Shown here piece after piece: positions 1 to 15,396 of a DNA stretch of 59,460 bases. Position 1 is the stretch's first letter, and every line of letters starts with the position of its first letter. The DNA is taken from positions 1-59,460 of the forward strand of contig JANNWA010000027.1 in assembly GCA_031408275.1 (NCBI GenBank), read 5' to 3'. Source of the DNA: Pseudomonadota bacterium (GTDB lineage Bacteria; Pseudomonadota; Gammaproteobacteria; Burkholderiales; SG8-39). The translations under genes and the position numbers were made by a program. Under the pieces are notes generated by a model that was not told the origin of the DNA, did not search any database, and was given only the letters and a program-made list of their open reading frames with translations.

Positions 1-406
1 CGCCGTCGCCCGTGAGGCCGCTCTGTGCAAAGTACTGGTGCTCCGGGCCGAGCAAAACGAGATTCTTGGACTGGTCGTCGGCTTCCTTGTGCTTCAGCAG
101 TTCGATCCTGGTGACACTGCCGCCAAGCGAGTCGATGTCGGCGACCAGCAGGTCCGTGCGGATCTGGACGATCTCGCCTTTGAACGCTGCCGGCGCCGTA
201 GCGGGCGCCGCTGCGGGGATCGCAGTCGGGGCCGCAGCCGTGGCCGGGGTGGGAACCGCCCCCGGGATGCCCTTTGCCTCTTTTGGCTGCTGGGCCGCCG
301 CGGCAATGGTGGCGGGTTTCGGGCGCTGCTCCTTTTCCCATTCCGTCCAAAGCATCAACAGGGAAAAGCTGAAAACAAAGAACAGGATGAGTCTCTGGGT
401 GTCCAT
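1..406 (-). CDS. yidC: Membrane protein insertase YidC, N-terminal part (gene continues beyond window start)
   Basis: Hand translation of the minus strand from ATG at 406 gives MDTQRLILFFVFSFSLLMLWTEWEKEQRPKP...LLKHKEADDQSKNLVLLGPEHQYFAQSGLTGDG. This is an N-terminal TM anchor plus the start of the periplasmic domain typical of YidC. It lies downstream of rpmH-rnpA-yidD. It is absent from the ORF track because no stop lies in the window. Confidence 0.85.
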   Translation of the reverse strand, partial: MDTQRLILFFVFSFSLLMLWTEWEKEQRPKPATIAAAAQQPKEAKGIPGAVPTPATAAAPTAIPAAAPATAPAAFKGEIVQIRTDLLVADIDSLGGSVTRIELLKHKEADDQSKNLVLLGPEHQYFAQSGLTGDG

Positions 407-411
407 GGATT

Positions 412-657
412 TCACGTTTCGTGGCGCCCCGGCACGGGGTCATAGCCGCCTGAATGCCACGGATGGCAGCAGGCGATGCGTTTTGCGGCCAGCCACGAAC
501 CGCGCGCAGCGCCGTGGCAGCGTATGGCTTCGTCCGCATACTCGGAGCAACTGGGGTAAAAACGGCAACTGGGACCCAGCATGGGGCTCAGGAAATATCG
601 ATAGAGGCGAATCAGCGCGCGCAGGCAGCTTTTCACAGCGGAATCCTCACTTCGCAA
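412..657 (-). CDS. yidD: Membrane protein insertion efficiency factor YidD
   Basis: 81-aa ORF with the YidD hallmark [31 protein letters not shown]...[13 protein letters not shown]. It overlaps the rnpA stop, the canonical rnpA-yidD-yidC arrangement. Confidence 0.9.
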   Translation of the reverse strand: MRSEDSAVKSCLRALIRLYRYFLSPMLGPSCRFYPSCSEYADEAIRCHGAARGSWLAAKRIACCHPWHSGGYDPVPGRHET

Positions 658-1003
658 GCCTCTCCAGACTGGAACGCAGCCGCTCGACAGTACCGGACGA
701 GGCTTTCAATCCGTAAGGCGGCCTTACGAGCACGTCCAGCGCGCCAATCTCCCCCTGCACCTGCCTGAAGGCCTCGCGGATGCAACGCTTGATCCGGTTG
801 CGGTCGGTGGCGAGCGCAGCATGCTTCTTCGATATCAGGATGCCGAGCCGGGCCGGACCGGACGCCCGCGCGGAGAAAAAGAAAGTGAATCCGTTCAGGT
901 TGCGTCGCGTGCCGCCCCGCATCAGGGCCTCGAACTCGACGCTCGTGCGGATGCGCTTGTCCTTGCCGAACCCGGCTGTTTGAGTGGTGCCGGTGCCGGG
1001 CAC
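647..1003 (-). CDS. rnpA: Ribonuclease P protein component
   Basis: Contains [20 protein letters not shown]...[28 protein letters not shown], an RnpA-type sequence. The track ORF starts at 1069 but would overlap rpmH (stop at 1029). The in-frame GTG at 1003 lies 26 nt downstream of the rpmH stop and is chosen instead; the start is uncertain. Confidence 0.85.
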   Translation of the reverse strand: MPGTGTTQTAGFGKDKRIRTSVEFEALMRGGTRRNLNGFTFFFSARASGPARLGILISKKHAALATDRNRIKRCIREAFRQVQGEIGALDVLVRPPYGLKASSGTVERLRSSLERLAK

Positions 1004-1028
1004 GCGAGAAAAACTGGCCTCGCCGTCC

Positions 1029-1163
1029 TTAGACGGCCAGACGCGCGCGACCGCGGGCGCGCCGGGCATTGATCACAGCGCGACCGCCAGGCGTTTTCAT
1101 GCGCGCACGGAACCCGTGGGTCCGCGTACGACGCGTTTTGGAGGGTTGATAAGTTCGCTTCAT
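1029..1163 (-). CDS. rpmH: 50S ribosomal protein L34
   Basis: Hand translation gives [44 protein letters not shown] (44 aa, TAA stop). It is too short for the ORF track. Its position, divergent from dnaA, is classic. Confidence 0.95.
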   Translation of the reverse strand: MKRTYQPSKTRRTRTHGFRARMKTPGGRAVINARRARGRARLAV

Positions 1164-1245
1164 AACTGCCTCGGGCCGCAAAAAGGCGCGTATTACACGC
1201 TGTACCTAACCCATTGTCAACTTTCCAGGATTTTTGTGCCGAGCC

Positions 1246-1254
1246 TGTGGATAA
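1246..1254 (-). promoter_or_regulatory. Perfect DnaA box (TTATCCACA) in the rpmH-dnaA spacer
   Basis: The plus strand reads TGTGGATAA at 1246-1254, about 100 nt upstream of the dnaA ATG. This is consistent with dnaA autoregulation. Confidence 0.7.
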
Positions 1255-1355
1255 CTCGGTCCGGAACGGGTAGAATTGCGGACACGAAAAGCGGCCGTTC
1301 CCTGGCGGCGCCAGTGTCCTCCAAACCGCGAAGCGAAGCACCGAAAATCACGTCA

Positions 1356-2699
1356 ATGCAGAACCTCTGGGACGCCTGTTTGCGCCGCCTCGAACGCGAG
1401 CTTCCCGCCCAACAATTCAATACCTGGATCCGGCCGCTCTCGGTCGACGGGAATGCCGCCGAGCCAGGAAGCGTTACCCTCGCAGCGCCCAACCGTTTCG
1501 TGCTCGAGCTTGTGCGGGAACGCTTTTCCGGCCGCATCGAAAAGATGTTTTCGGAGGAGGTCTCAGGTCCTGTCTCCCTGAAGCTGGTACTGGCACGCAG
1601 CGCCGACGGCATGGTTCGGGCTATCCCGTCTTCTGCCGGCATTGCCCCGGCCGCCCAAAAGGTCCCACATTCACTTGAGCGGGCGCGCCTGAACCCCGGC
1701 TTCACGTTTGACAGCCTGGTCACAGGAAAGGCGAACCAACTCGCCCGTGCGGCGGCGATACAGGTCTCCGAGAATCCAGGCATTTCATACAACCCCTTGT
1801 TCGTATATGGCGGGGTGGGCCTCGGCAAGACGCACCTCGTGCAGGCGATCGGCAACTTTGTTGCCGCGCAACGGCCGGATGCAAAGATCCGCTACATACA
1901 CGCTGAACAATATGTGACCGATGTGGTGCGTGCCTACCAGCAGAAGTCGTTCGACGAGTTCAAGCGTTACTACCATTCGCTCGACCTGCTGCTGATCGAC
2001 GATATCCAGTTCTTCTCCAACAAGGGCCGCACCCAGGAGGAGTTCTTCTACGCGTTCAACGCTCTGGTTGAAGCCCACAAGCAGATCGTCATCACCTGCG
2101 ACACCTACCCGAAGGAAATCTCGGGCATGGAAGAGAGGCTGATTTCGCGTTTTGGCTGGGGCCTCACGGTGGCCATCGAGCCACCGGAACTCGAAATGCG
2201 GGTCGCCATCGTCCTCAAAAAGGCGGAGGCCGAGGCTGTCGTTCTATCCGAGGAAATCGCGTACTTCATTGCCAAGCACATCCGCTCGAACGTGCGCGAG
2301 CTAGAGGGCGCCTTAAAGAAAGTACTCGCCTACTCTCGATTCAACGCCCGCGAACTGTCCCTGGACCTCGCAAAGGACGCCCTGCGCGACATCCTCAATG
2401 TCGCGAACAGGCAGATCACCGTGGAAAACATCCAGAAGACGGTGGCTGAGTTTTTCAAGCTGAAAATCTCCGACATGCATTCGAAGAGGAGAAACCGCAA
2501 CGTCGCCCGCCCCCGCCAGGTGGCCATGGCCCTTGCAAAGGACCTGACCCAGATGAGCCTGCCCGAAATTGGCGAGGCATTTGGCAACCGCGACCACACC
2601 ACAGTGCTGCACGCCTGCCGGACGATCGCAAGCCTGCGCAAGCAGGATTCGGCGATGAACCGGGACTATCTGGTCCTCGAACAGGTATTGAAAGGGTGA
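1356..2699 (+). CDS. dnaA: Chromosomal replication initiator protein DnaA
   Basis: Contains [28 protein letters not shown]..., Walker [11 protein letters not shown], and the C-terminal DNA-binding region [36 protein letters not shown]. The track ORF (984) has a non-homologous Arg/Pro-rich extension, so the ATG at 1356 is used. Confidence 0.97.
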   Translation: MQNLWDACLRRLERELPAQQFNTWIRPLSVDGNAAEPGSVTLAAPNRFVLELVRERFSGRIEKMFSEEVSGPVSLKLVLARSADGMVRAIPSSAGIAPAAQKVPHSLERARLNPGFTFDSLVTGKANQLARAAAIQVSENPGISYNPLFVYGGVGLGKTHLVQAIGNFVAAQRPDAKIRYIHAEQYVTDVVRAYQQKSFDEFKRYYHSLDLLLIDDIQFFSNKGRTQEEFFYAFNALVEAHKQIVITCDTYPKEISGMEERLISRFGWGLTVAIEPPELEMRVAIVLKKAEAEAVVLSEEIAYFIAKHIRSNVRELEGALKKVLAYSRFNARELSLDLAKDALRDILNVANRQITVENIQKTVAEFFKLKISDMHSKRRNRNVARPRQVAMALAKDLTQMSLPEIGEAFGNRDHTTVLHACRTIASLRKQDSAMNRDYLVLEQVLKG

Positions 2700-2741
2700 G
2701 CTTCGCGGGCCTGACAAGCTGTGCAGCAACTGCGTACGAAT

Positions 2742-2872
2742 TGTGGGTAAGTCCGCTTTCCGGCGCCGCACGAGAAGTTACCCAAAACCATGCACAGGCA
2801 GTACACAGGCCGGCTGCTCCCTTTTTTGCCCGGCAAGTTGCTGTAGCAGGAGGGTTTTCAAACTTATCCACA
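2742..2872. promoter_or_regulatory. DnaA-box cluster in the dnaA-dnaN spacer
   Basis: Three boxes: TTACCCACA (minus strand, 2742-2750), TTACCCAAA (plus, 2778-2786) and a perfect TTATCCACA (plus, 2864-2872). An AT-rich tract follows and runs up to the dnaN start. Confidence 0.55.
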
Positions 2873-2913
2873 CGAGTTATGCCCTCTATTAACTATTACC
2901 AAGGATATATAAG

Positions 2914-9048
<6,135 letters not shown>

Positions 9049-9149
9049 GATGATCTTCAGGAGCCTGCCTTGGAAAGGGGGCAGATGATAAGCGCAACGG
9101 CAGCCGGATGACAACCAACCCCGTCACAACCGCCGTCAAACGCGCGAAA

Positions 9150-9608
9150 TCAGTTCGGCAGGCGGCGCTCGTCGGATGAGAGCAATTCTTCCGCAATCAA
9201 GCGGCTGGCGGGGGTTTCGAGGTTCCAGAGCACCATCAGCACGATCAGCTTGAGCTGGTCCAGGGACAGCGTGCGTCCCGCGGCGGCCATCGCCCGGTCT
9301 ACCACCAGTTCGCGCAGCACCGGATCCAGCACCCCGATGTTCTCGAGGTGCATTACCAGCCCGCGGCAGCTCGCATCGAGCTTGGCGCATTCCTTGGGGG
9401 CGTAGGCGCGCATTGCGCGCGTCGGGCCCGGCAGTGGTTCGAGGCAGCGGTGCGGCGCGTGGAGGACGCCCGCGAGCCAGGAGAGGGCCTCGCTGATGTC
9501 CGACTCCTCGAACCCCGCGGCGGTGAGCTTTCTTGCGATCAACTCGTTGTCTTGCGCGAGGTCGGCCCTGTGGCAGTTCTCGAACAGGTATACAAAGATG
9601 TCGTACAT
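9150..9608 (-). CDS. smg: Smg protein (DUF494 family)
   Basis: 152 aa from ATG 9608: MYDIFVYLFENCHRADLAQDNELIARKLTAAGFEESDISEALSWL... This is Smg-like. It sits between dprA and the topoisomerase gene. Confidence 0.9.
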   Translation of the reverse strand: MYDIFVYLFENCHRADLAQDNELIARKLTAAGFEESDISEALSWLAGVLHAPHRCLEPLPGPTRAMRAYAPKECAKLDASCRGLVMHLENIGVLDPVLRELVVDRAMAAAGRTLSLDQLKLIVLMVLWNLETPASRLIAEELLSSDERRLPN

Positions 9609-9624
9609 GGCGTGTTTTTTCTTC

Positions 9625-10701
9625 TCAGGACAACCGTTGAAAACGCCCGCCGGGCAGCGTGGCCACCAACCCGTCGAGCTCCAGGCGAAGCAATTCCGCG
9701 GTAACCGCTTCTGCGCGCAGTCCTGCGCGCTCACATAGCGCGTCGATGTCTACCGGATCAAATCCCATGTGCGCGAGCAGCCCCGCCTCGCCCTGCGGTG
9801 CGGTGGCAGAGGCAGAGGTCGAGGCGTGCCGCCAGCTGCCGAACTCTGCCAGCACGTCCTCCGCAGCCTCTACCAGCTTGGCGCCCTGTTTTATGAGCGA
9901 GTGGCATCCGCGGGAGAGCGGCGAGTGGATTGAACCGGGAATCGCGAACACCTCGCGCCCCTGTTCAGCCGCCAGGCGGGCAGTGATGAGCGAGCCGCTG
10001 CCGACGGCGGCTTCGACGACGAGGCATCCGCGCGATATGCCGCTGATCAGCCGGTTCCGGCGCGGAAAGTTGTGTGCGATCGATGGCGTGCCGAGCGGGT
10101 ATTCGCTTAGCAGCAACCCGCGCTGCGCGATTTCCTCGAAAAGCGCGGCGTTGCTCTTGGGGTAGACCACATCGATGCCGGTCCCGAGCACGGCGATCGT
10201 CGAACCCGCGCCGACCAGGCCGCCCCGATGGGCGGCCGCATCAATGCCGAGCGCGAGCCCGCTTACGATGGTCAAACCGCCCTCGCTGAACGTCCTGGCA
10301 AACGCCTCGGCGTTGCGCAAGCCCTGGGCCGTGCCGTTGCGGCTTCCAACCACGGCGAGAGCGGGGCGGGCAAGGAGGTCGATGTTTCCGCGCGCATAGA
10401 GTAGCGGTGGCGGATCGGAGATCTCCAGCAGCAGGCGGGGATAGCCGGCATCGGCCAGGGTGACAATGTGATTGTCTGCATGGGAGGCCCATTTCAGCGC
10501 GTGTTCGACAGCCACGCGGGTGGCGCCGGATTTCAGCGCGGGCGCCGTATCGCCCGCGATTCGCGCCAATGCCGACGCTTCGACGGAGACAATTTTTTCA
10601 GGAAGGCCGAATTCCTGGAGCAGGCGACGGATTGCCGCGGCGCCGAGGCCCGGCGTGAGGCAGAGGGACAGCCACGCTGCGAGCCCCGGGCCGCCGGTCA
10701 T
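9625..10701 (-). CDS. dprA: DNA-processing protein DprA
   Basis: 358 aa. Rossmann-like DprA core: AVVGSRNGTAQGLRNAEAFARTFSEGGLTIVSGLALGIDAAAHRGGL...TIAVLGTGIDVVYPKSN. Confidence 0.92.
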   Translation of the reverse strand: MTGGPGLAAWLSLCLTPGLGAAAIRRLLQEFGLPEKIVSVEASALARIAGDTAPALKSGATRVAVEHALKWASHADNHIVTLADAGYPRLLLEISDPPPLLYARGNIDLLARPALAVVGSRNGTAQGLRNAEAFARTFSEGGLTIVSGLALGIDAAAHRGGLVGAGSTIAVLGTGIDVVYPKSNAALFEEIAQRGLLLSEYPLGTPSIAHNFPRRNRLISGISRGCLVVEAAVGSGSLITARLAAEQGREVFAIPGSIHSPLSRGCHSLIKQGAKLVEAAEDVLAEFGSWRHASTSASATAPQGEAGLLAHMGFDPVDIDALCERAGLRAEAVTAELLRLELDGLVATLPGGRFQRLS

Positions 10702-10761
10702 GCGCGCCGGCGGTGCGCAAACGCCGACGCGCGTGGCGGCCGACGCGGCGGGTACGATTCG

Positions 10762-11829
10762 TTACGGAGTCTGGACGACATCCAGTGGTTTGACCGGTCT
10801 CGAGACCTTCATGACTAGCGCATACGATACACGATCGAACACCCGGAACACGAACAGTAGCCCGTACCGTTCGTCGGGAACCTTCATCCCTTCAGCAGAC
10901 GCTGTTTCAACGTAGCCCGGCGTGCCACGCTTGTCGGTAAGTGTGACCCCGAGCCGCAAAAGCGCGAGAACATGCCCGGGCTCGATGCCGTCGGCCTTTC
11001 CGCGGTTGAGGGTAACGACAGAACCGCGGCCACCTTCCCCGACCGTGCCTACGCCACCATATATCGACATCACCCGGCCGCGAACCTGTCCGGTAGGCGC
11101 GCGAGGCGCATAAGTGGGCACCCGTGGCGGTCCGGCCGCGACGAGCTTGTCGCCGATCGTAACCTCCTGGGTCGCAGCCACGATTTCCACGGTGGCGGGC
11201 TCGCCAGACTTGCGGATCTGTGCCGTGCCGAGAAACATGGCTTCGTAGCCGAGATTGAGATTGCTCTCCGGGTCGATCAGCGCCTTGCCGCGCCGGTAGA
11301 TATGCCAGGTTTCTTCCTTGGAGTTCATAAGTCCCCGGGCGTAGGCGACGCTTCCTACGCCAAGGAGCAACCGGTTCTCATCGGTGGCGACGATCGTCGG
11401 CGCGTTGTCCAGGCCGCCCGGTTCGATGACCAGGGGCCGCGTCAGGAACGGCTCGATCAGGGCGGGTGGAATGCTCGGGATTTGCTGGATCGAGGTTTGC
11501 TCGGCACGCACCTTGGGCGTGAGCTTCACGGTATCCGATACGGCAAGCTGGCCCTTCGCGCGATCCAGCACCAGAACGTCGCCTGGGTAGATGCGGTGCG
11601 GGTTGCCGACGGTGTCCTTGTTCATCTCCCAAAGCTGCGGCCATCGCTGCGGCGCGGTCAGGTACCGCTCGGCGATCGACCAAAGCGTGTCGCCCGGAAC
11701 GACGATGTAGCGCTCAGGCGCGTCGGGCTTGAGTTCGGCGGGCGCGACCTGCGCCGAGGCGCCGGCTCCAAGCCCGGAACAAAGGACAAAAACGAGCGTT
11801 GTGATAGACTTACGCAACTGATAGTGCAT
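10762..11829 (-). CDS. LysM peptidoglycan-binding domain protein (secreted)
   Basis: From ATG 11829: MHYQLRKSITTLVFVLCSGLGAGASAQ signal peptide, then a LysM motif YIVVPGDTLWSIAERYL...IYPGDVLVL. It occupies the conserved slot between dprA and def. Confidence 0.8.
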   Translation of the reverse strand: MHYQLRKSITTLVFVLCSGLGAGASAQVAPAELKPDAPERYIVVPGDTLWSIAERYLTAPQRWPQLWEMNKDTVGNPHRIYPGDVLVLDRAKGQLAVSDTVKLTPKVRAEQTSIQQIPSIPPALIEPFLTRPLVIEPGGLDNAPTIVATDENRLLLGVGSVAYARGLMNSKEETWHIYRRGKALIDPESNLNLGYEAMFLGTAQIRKSGEPATVEIVAATQEVTIGDKLVAAGPPRVPTYAPRAPTGQVRGRVMSIYGGVGTVGEGGRGSVVTLNRGKADGIEPGHVLALLRLGVTLTDKRGTPGYVETASAEGMKVPDERYGLLFVFRVFDRVSYALVMKVSRPVKPLDVVQTP

Positions 11830-11974
11830 GGAGCCCCCGATGTCCGGTCGGCTTGTAAAACCCGCTTGATAAACCCTCTTGCCACCCAAATGTAGCATAA
11901 AGCCCAGACAATTTACATACCGCATGAGATTGTGAACGTAAATTCCTCTGTCAGCAAGCTTATTTCCACTTCAA

Positions 11975-12478
11975 ATGTCGATCCTGAACATCCTTCGCTA
12001 TCCTGACGCCCGGCTCCACAAGGTAGCCGCGCCGGTCACCGTTTTTGACGCGCCCCTCAGAAAACTGGCGGACGACCTGGCCGAGACAATGTACGCCGCT
12101 CCGGGAGTCGGTCTGGCTGCCTCGCAGGTGGATGTGCACAAGCAGGTAATAGTTGTAGATGTTTCAGAGCGGCGGGATTCGCTGATCACGCTGGTGAATC
12201 CGGCGATCATTGAGCGGCACGGGGAGTCGGACATCGAAGAGGGCTGCCTTTCGGTGCCGGGCATCTACGACACGGTGCCGCGCGCTGAAAGGGTCAAGGT
12301 GCGAGGCTGGGACGCTAACGGGAAATCCTTCATCCTCGAAGCCCAGGGTTTGCTCGCCGTGTGCATCCAGCACGAGATGGATCACCTCAAAGGAAAGGTG
12401 TTCGTCGAATACCTGTCCCAGCTGAAGCAGACGCGCGTTCGCGCGAGACTAGCCAAGCAGCTCAGAAAGAGCGCCTGA
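11975..12478 (+). CDS. def: Peptide deformylase
   Basis: All three deformylase motifs are present: GVGLAASQV, EGCLSVPG and QHEMDHL. Confidence 0.97.
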   Translation: MSILNILRYPDARLHKVAAPVTVFDAPLRKLADDLAETMYAAPGVGLAASQVDVHKQVIVVDVSERRDSLITLVNPAIIERHGESDIEEGCLSVPGIYDTVPRAERVKVRGWDANGKSFILEAQGLLAVCIQHEMDHLKGKVFVEYLSQLKQTRVRARLAKQLRKSA

Positions 12479-12556
12479 ACGTTCGGGAGCGAAGCCTCCC
12501 CGCGTGATTGACGAAGTGCAGCAACCGCCCGCAAGTTTTTCCCCCGGATTGCTCAG

Positions 12557-13489
12557 ATGCGCATCGTATTCGCGGGCACACCGCATTTTGCCGATCAAGC
12601 CCTCGCGGCCCTGATCGCTGCCGGACATGAAATAGTGCTAGTGCTCACTCAGCCGGACAGGCCTTCGGGTAGGGGAATGAAGGTGAGCTGGAGTCCGGTC
12701 AAGGCGCTGGCCGTCCGGCACGGCCTGGAGGTATTTCAGCCGCCTACCTTGCGGGACCCTGAAGCGCTTGAACGGTTGCGAGACGTGGCGCCGGACGTCC
12801 TAGTCGTGGCGGCGTATGGCCTGATACTTCCCCAGAGCGTTCTGGAAGTTGCGCGTCAAGGGGCCCTGAACATTCATGCGTCGCTACTGCCCCGGTGGCG
12901 CGGCGCAGCCCCGATCCAGAGGGCCATACTCGCCGGGGACCTGGAAACGGGAATCACAATCATGCAGATGGACGCGGGCCTCGACACCGGCGCCATGCTG
13001 TCCCAGCGCAAACTCCCGATCCTGGCCGACGATTCGGCGCTGATTTTGCATGACCGGCTGGCGGTCCTTGGCGCCTCCATGATTGTCGAGGTTTTGCGCG
13101 AATGCGAACACGGTGCTCCTGCTTCGACCCGGCAGCCGGCGGATGGCGTGACCTACGCGCACAAGATCGAAAAGGGCGAAGCCCTGCTCGACTGGCGCAA
13201 GTCCAGCGCCGAACTCGACCGCCGGGTGCGTGCGTTCAATCCTTTCCCCGGGGCACACTGCGCATACGATGGCACCCATGTGAAAATCTGGCGCGCGCAC
13301 CCCGTGCCGTGCCGCGGCGCCCCGGGCGAAATTCTTGCCTCGGGCGACAAAGGCATGGTCGTGGCGTGCGGGGAAGGGGCGCTGGTTCTTGTCGAACTGC
13401 AACGGGCAGGCGGCAAGCGCCTCGGCGCCCGCGACTTCCTGAGCGGGCACCGGCTCGAGCCGGGTTCGCGTCTTACATTGCCCGGCTGA
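12557..13489 (+). CDS. fmt: Methionyl-tRNA formyltransferase
   Basis: 310 aa. Contains MRIVFAGTPHFA... and HASLLPRWRGAAPIQRAI. Follows def. Confidence 0.95.
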   Translation: MRIVFAGTPHFADQALAALIAAGHEIVLVLTQPDRPSGRGMKVSWSPVKALAVRHGLEVFQPPTLRDPEALERLRDVAPDVLVVAAYGLILPQSVLEVARQGALNIHASLLPRWRGAAPIQRAILAGDLETGITIMQMDAGLDTGAMLSQRKLPILADDSALILHDRLAVLGASMIVEVLRECEHGAPASTRQPADGVTYAHKIEKGEALLDWRKSSAELDRRVRAFNPFPGAHCAYDGTHVKIWRAHPVPCRGAPGEILASGDKGMVVACGEGALVLVELQRAGGKRLGARDFLSGHRLEPGSRLTLPG

Positions 13490-14755
13490 TTGAGCGCCGC
13501 CCCGGAACTGTCCGCAGTGCTTGCGGGCGCGAGCCGAATGGTGGCCCGCGTGGCCGCCGGGGAAAGCCTGGCCGCGCATCCAGCCGCCTTCGGGGTGGAC
13601 GGCCCGATGCGCGGCGCAATGATGGACATGGTGTTCGGCACCCTGCGCCGCTATGGCCGCGGCGACGCCCTTGTGGATGCCCTTGCACACCGCGGCACGC
13701 CTGATCCGGAAGTGCGGGCGCTGCTCCTGTCTGCACTGTATGCGATCGAGTCCGCCAGCTATGCCGAGCACGTCGCGGTCGACGAGGCGGTTAAGGCGTG
13801 TACGGTCCTGAACAAACCTGCTGCGAAGGGGTTCGTAAACGCGCTGCTGCGCAGGTTCCTGCGGGAGCGCGAAGCGCTCGAACTGCGCGTTTCGGCGAAC
13901 CCGGCCGCGCGGAACATGCATCCGGATTGGTGGATCAGCGCAGTTCGACACGCGTATCCGCATTGCTGGGAAGCCATACTCGCCGAGGGAAACCGCCATC
14001 CGCCTATGGGGTTGCGCGTCAACCGAAGGCGGATCTCCACCGACGCGTACCTGGCGCGAATCGAGGCTGACGGGCTGAACGCGCGCCGCGCCGGAGAGTG
14101 TGCCCTGGTGCTGGACCAGCCCGTCCGCGTCGACCGCCTTCCGGGGTTCGCCGCCGGCGAGGTCTCGGTCCAGGACCCGGGCGCGCAGTTCGCCGCGCAC
14201 TATATGGACCTCTCCGACGGGCAGCGCGCCCTCGACGCATGCGCGGCGCCCGGCGGCAAGGCATGCCATATCCTGGAGCTCGCCGCCGTCGACCTCCTCG
14301 CGCTCGATTCTGACGCGGCCCGGTGCGAACGCATCCGGCAGAACCTGGCGCGCCTCGGGCTGTCCGCCCAAGTGCAGGCGGCCGATTGCGCCCGACCCGG
14401 GGACTGGTGGGACGGCCGGCCCTTCGACCGGATCCTTGCCGACGTGCCCTGCTCCGCTTCGGGCATCGCCCGTCGCCATCCCGACATCAAATGGCTGCGG
14501 CGGGCGGCAGACCCTGCGCGTTTCGCCGTGAGCCAGGCGCGCATACTGGACGCGCTGTGGCGGGTACTCGCGCCGAATGGTAAATTGCTCTATGTAACGT
14601 GTTCGGTGTTTCCAGAGGAGAACGCAACGGTCGTGGACGCTTTTTGCGGGCGGCATCCGGAGGCCCGCAGAATCGGACTCCCCGCAGATGCCCCAGCGCA
14701 GCTGCTGCCGAACGCGGACCACGACGGCTTCTTTTTCGCTCTCTTGCAAAAATAA
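13490..14755 (+). CDS. rsmB: 16S rRNA (cytosine967-C5)-methyltransferase RsmB
   Basis: SAM-binding DACAAPGGKA and catalytic DVPCSASGIARRHPD, in the def-fmt-rsmB order. The start is uncertain: TTG abutting the fmt stop, or ATG at 13538. Confidence 0.92.
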   Translation: MSAAPELSAVLAGASRMVARVAAGESLAAHPAAFGVDGPMRGAMMDMVFGTLRRYGRGDALVDALAHRGTPDPEVRALLLSALYAIESASYAEHVAVDEAVKACTVLNKPAAKGFVNALLRRFLREREALELRVSANPAARNMHPDWWISAVRHAYPHCWEAILAEGNRHPPMGLRVNRRRISTDAYLARIEADGLNARRAGECALVLDQPVRVDRLPGFAAGEVSVQDPGAQFAAHYMDLSDGQRALDACAAPGGKACHILELAAVDLLALDSDAARCERIRQNLARLGLSAQVQAADCARPGDWWDGRPFDRILADVPCSASGIARRHPDIKWLRRAADPARFAVSQARILDALWRVLAPNGKLLYVTCSVFPEENATVVDAFCGRHPEARRIGLPADAPAQLLPNADHDGFFFALLQK

Positions 14756-14769
14756 CCCCCACCAGCGCG

Positions 14770-15396
14770 ATGCGCGGCACACTCATTAAGCTGGCGGCAG
14801 TGCTTGCGCTCCTGCTCGGCGCACACGCCGCGCGGGCTGACGACATCGGGATCAGCGAAGCCCGCCTCCAACAGACGGAGGACGGGCTCGTCCTCAACGC
14901 CGATTTCGCTTTCGACTTCAACGCGCGCCTCGAGCAGGCCGTGACCAACGGGGTCCCCCTCTATTTCGTGGTCGAATTCGAACTTACCCAGCCGCGCTGG
15001 TACTGGTTCGACGAAAAGACCGCGACCCGGCGCCTCCAGACCCGGCTCTCCTACCATGCGCTGTCGCGGCATTACCGGTTGTCCACCGGATTGCTCCAGC
15101 AGAACTACGCGTCCCTCGCCGAGGCTCTGGGAGTGCTGCGGCGGGTGCGGGGCTGGCAGGTCCTCGACAAACCCGCACCGCTCGCCGATGCCACCTACCA
15201 AGCGGCGGTGCGCATGCGCCTTGACCTCGCATTGCTGCCGAAGCCTTTCCAGGTCAACGCCCTGACAAGCAGGGAATGGCACCTCGATTCCGACTGGAAG
15301 CGGTTCAGCTGGCGCCCCGCGCCGGCTGCGCCGTCCCCGCCGTCCCCGCCGCCGCCAGCGCCAGCGGAAAAGCGTGACGACGGGCAGGCCAGGTGA
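14770..15396 (+). CDS. DUF4390-like secreted protein
   Basis: 208 aa from ATG 14770. Signal peptide MRGTLIKLAAVLALLLGAHAARA, then LVLNADFAFDFNARLEQAVTNGVPLYFVVEFEL. The C-terminus is Pro-rich. Its stop overlaps the start of the next gene (GTGA). Confidence 0.75.
   Translation: MRGTLIKLAAVLALLLGAHAARADDIGISEARLQQTEDGLVLNADFAFDFNARLEQAVTNGVPLYFVVEFELTQPRWYWFDEKTATRRLQTRLSYHALSRHYRLSTGLLQQNYASLAEALGVLRRVRGWQVLDKPAPLADATYQAAVRMRLDLALLPKPFQVNALTSREWHLDSDWKRFSWRPAPAAPSPPSPPPPAPAEKRDDGQAR

Noticed and set aside
984-1355. N-terminal 124-aa extension of the dnaA ORF in the track
   Set aside because: The extension runs through rpmH (opposite strand) and the promoter/DnaA-box region, and has no DnaA-like sequence. 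The conserved N-terminus starts at ATG 1356.
1164-1355. rpmH-dnaA spacer as the complete oriC
   Set aside because: It has only one convincing DnaA box and no AT-rich 13-mer-like repeats, which is more consistent with a dnaA promoter/autoregulation site.
12884-14782. 632-aa ORF on the minus strand
   Set aside because: It is antisense to fmt and rsmB, which both carry clear catalytic motifs. It is a shadow ORF of GC-rich coding DNA.
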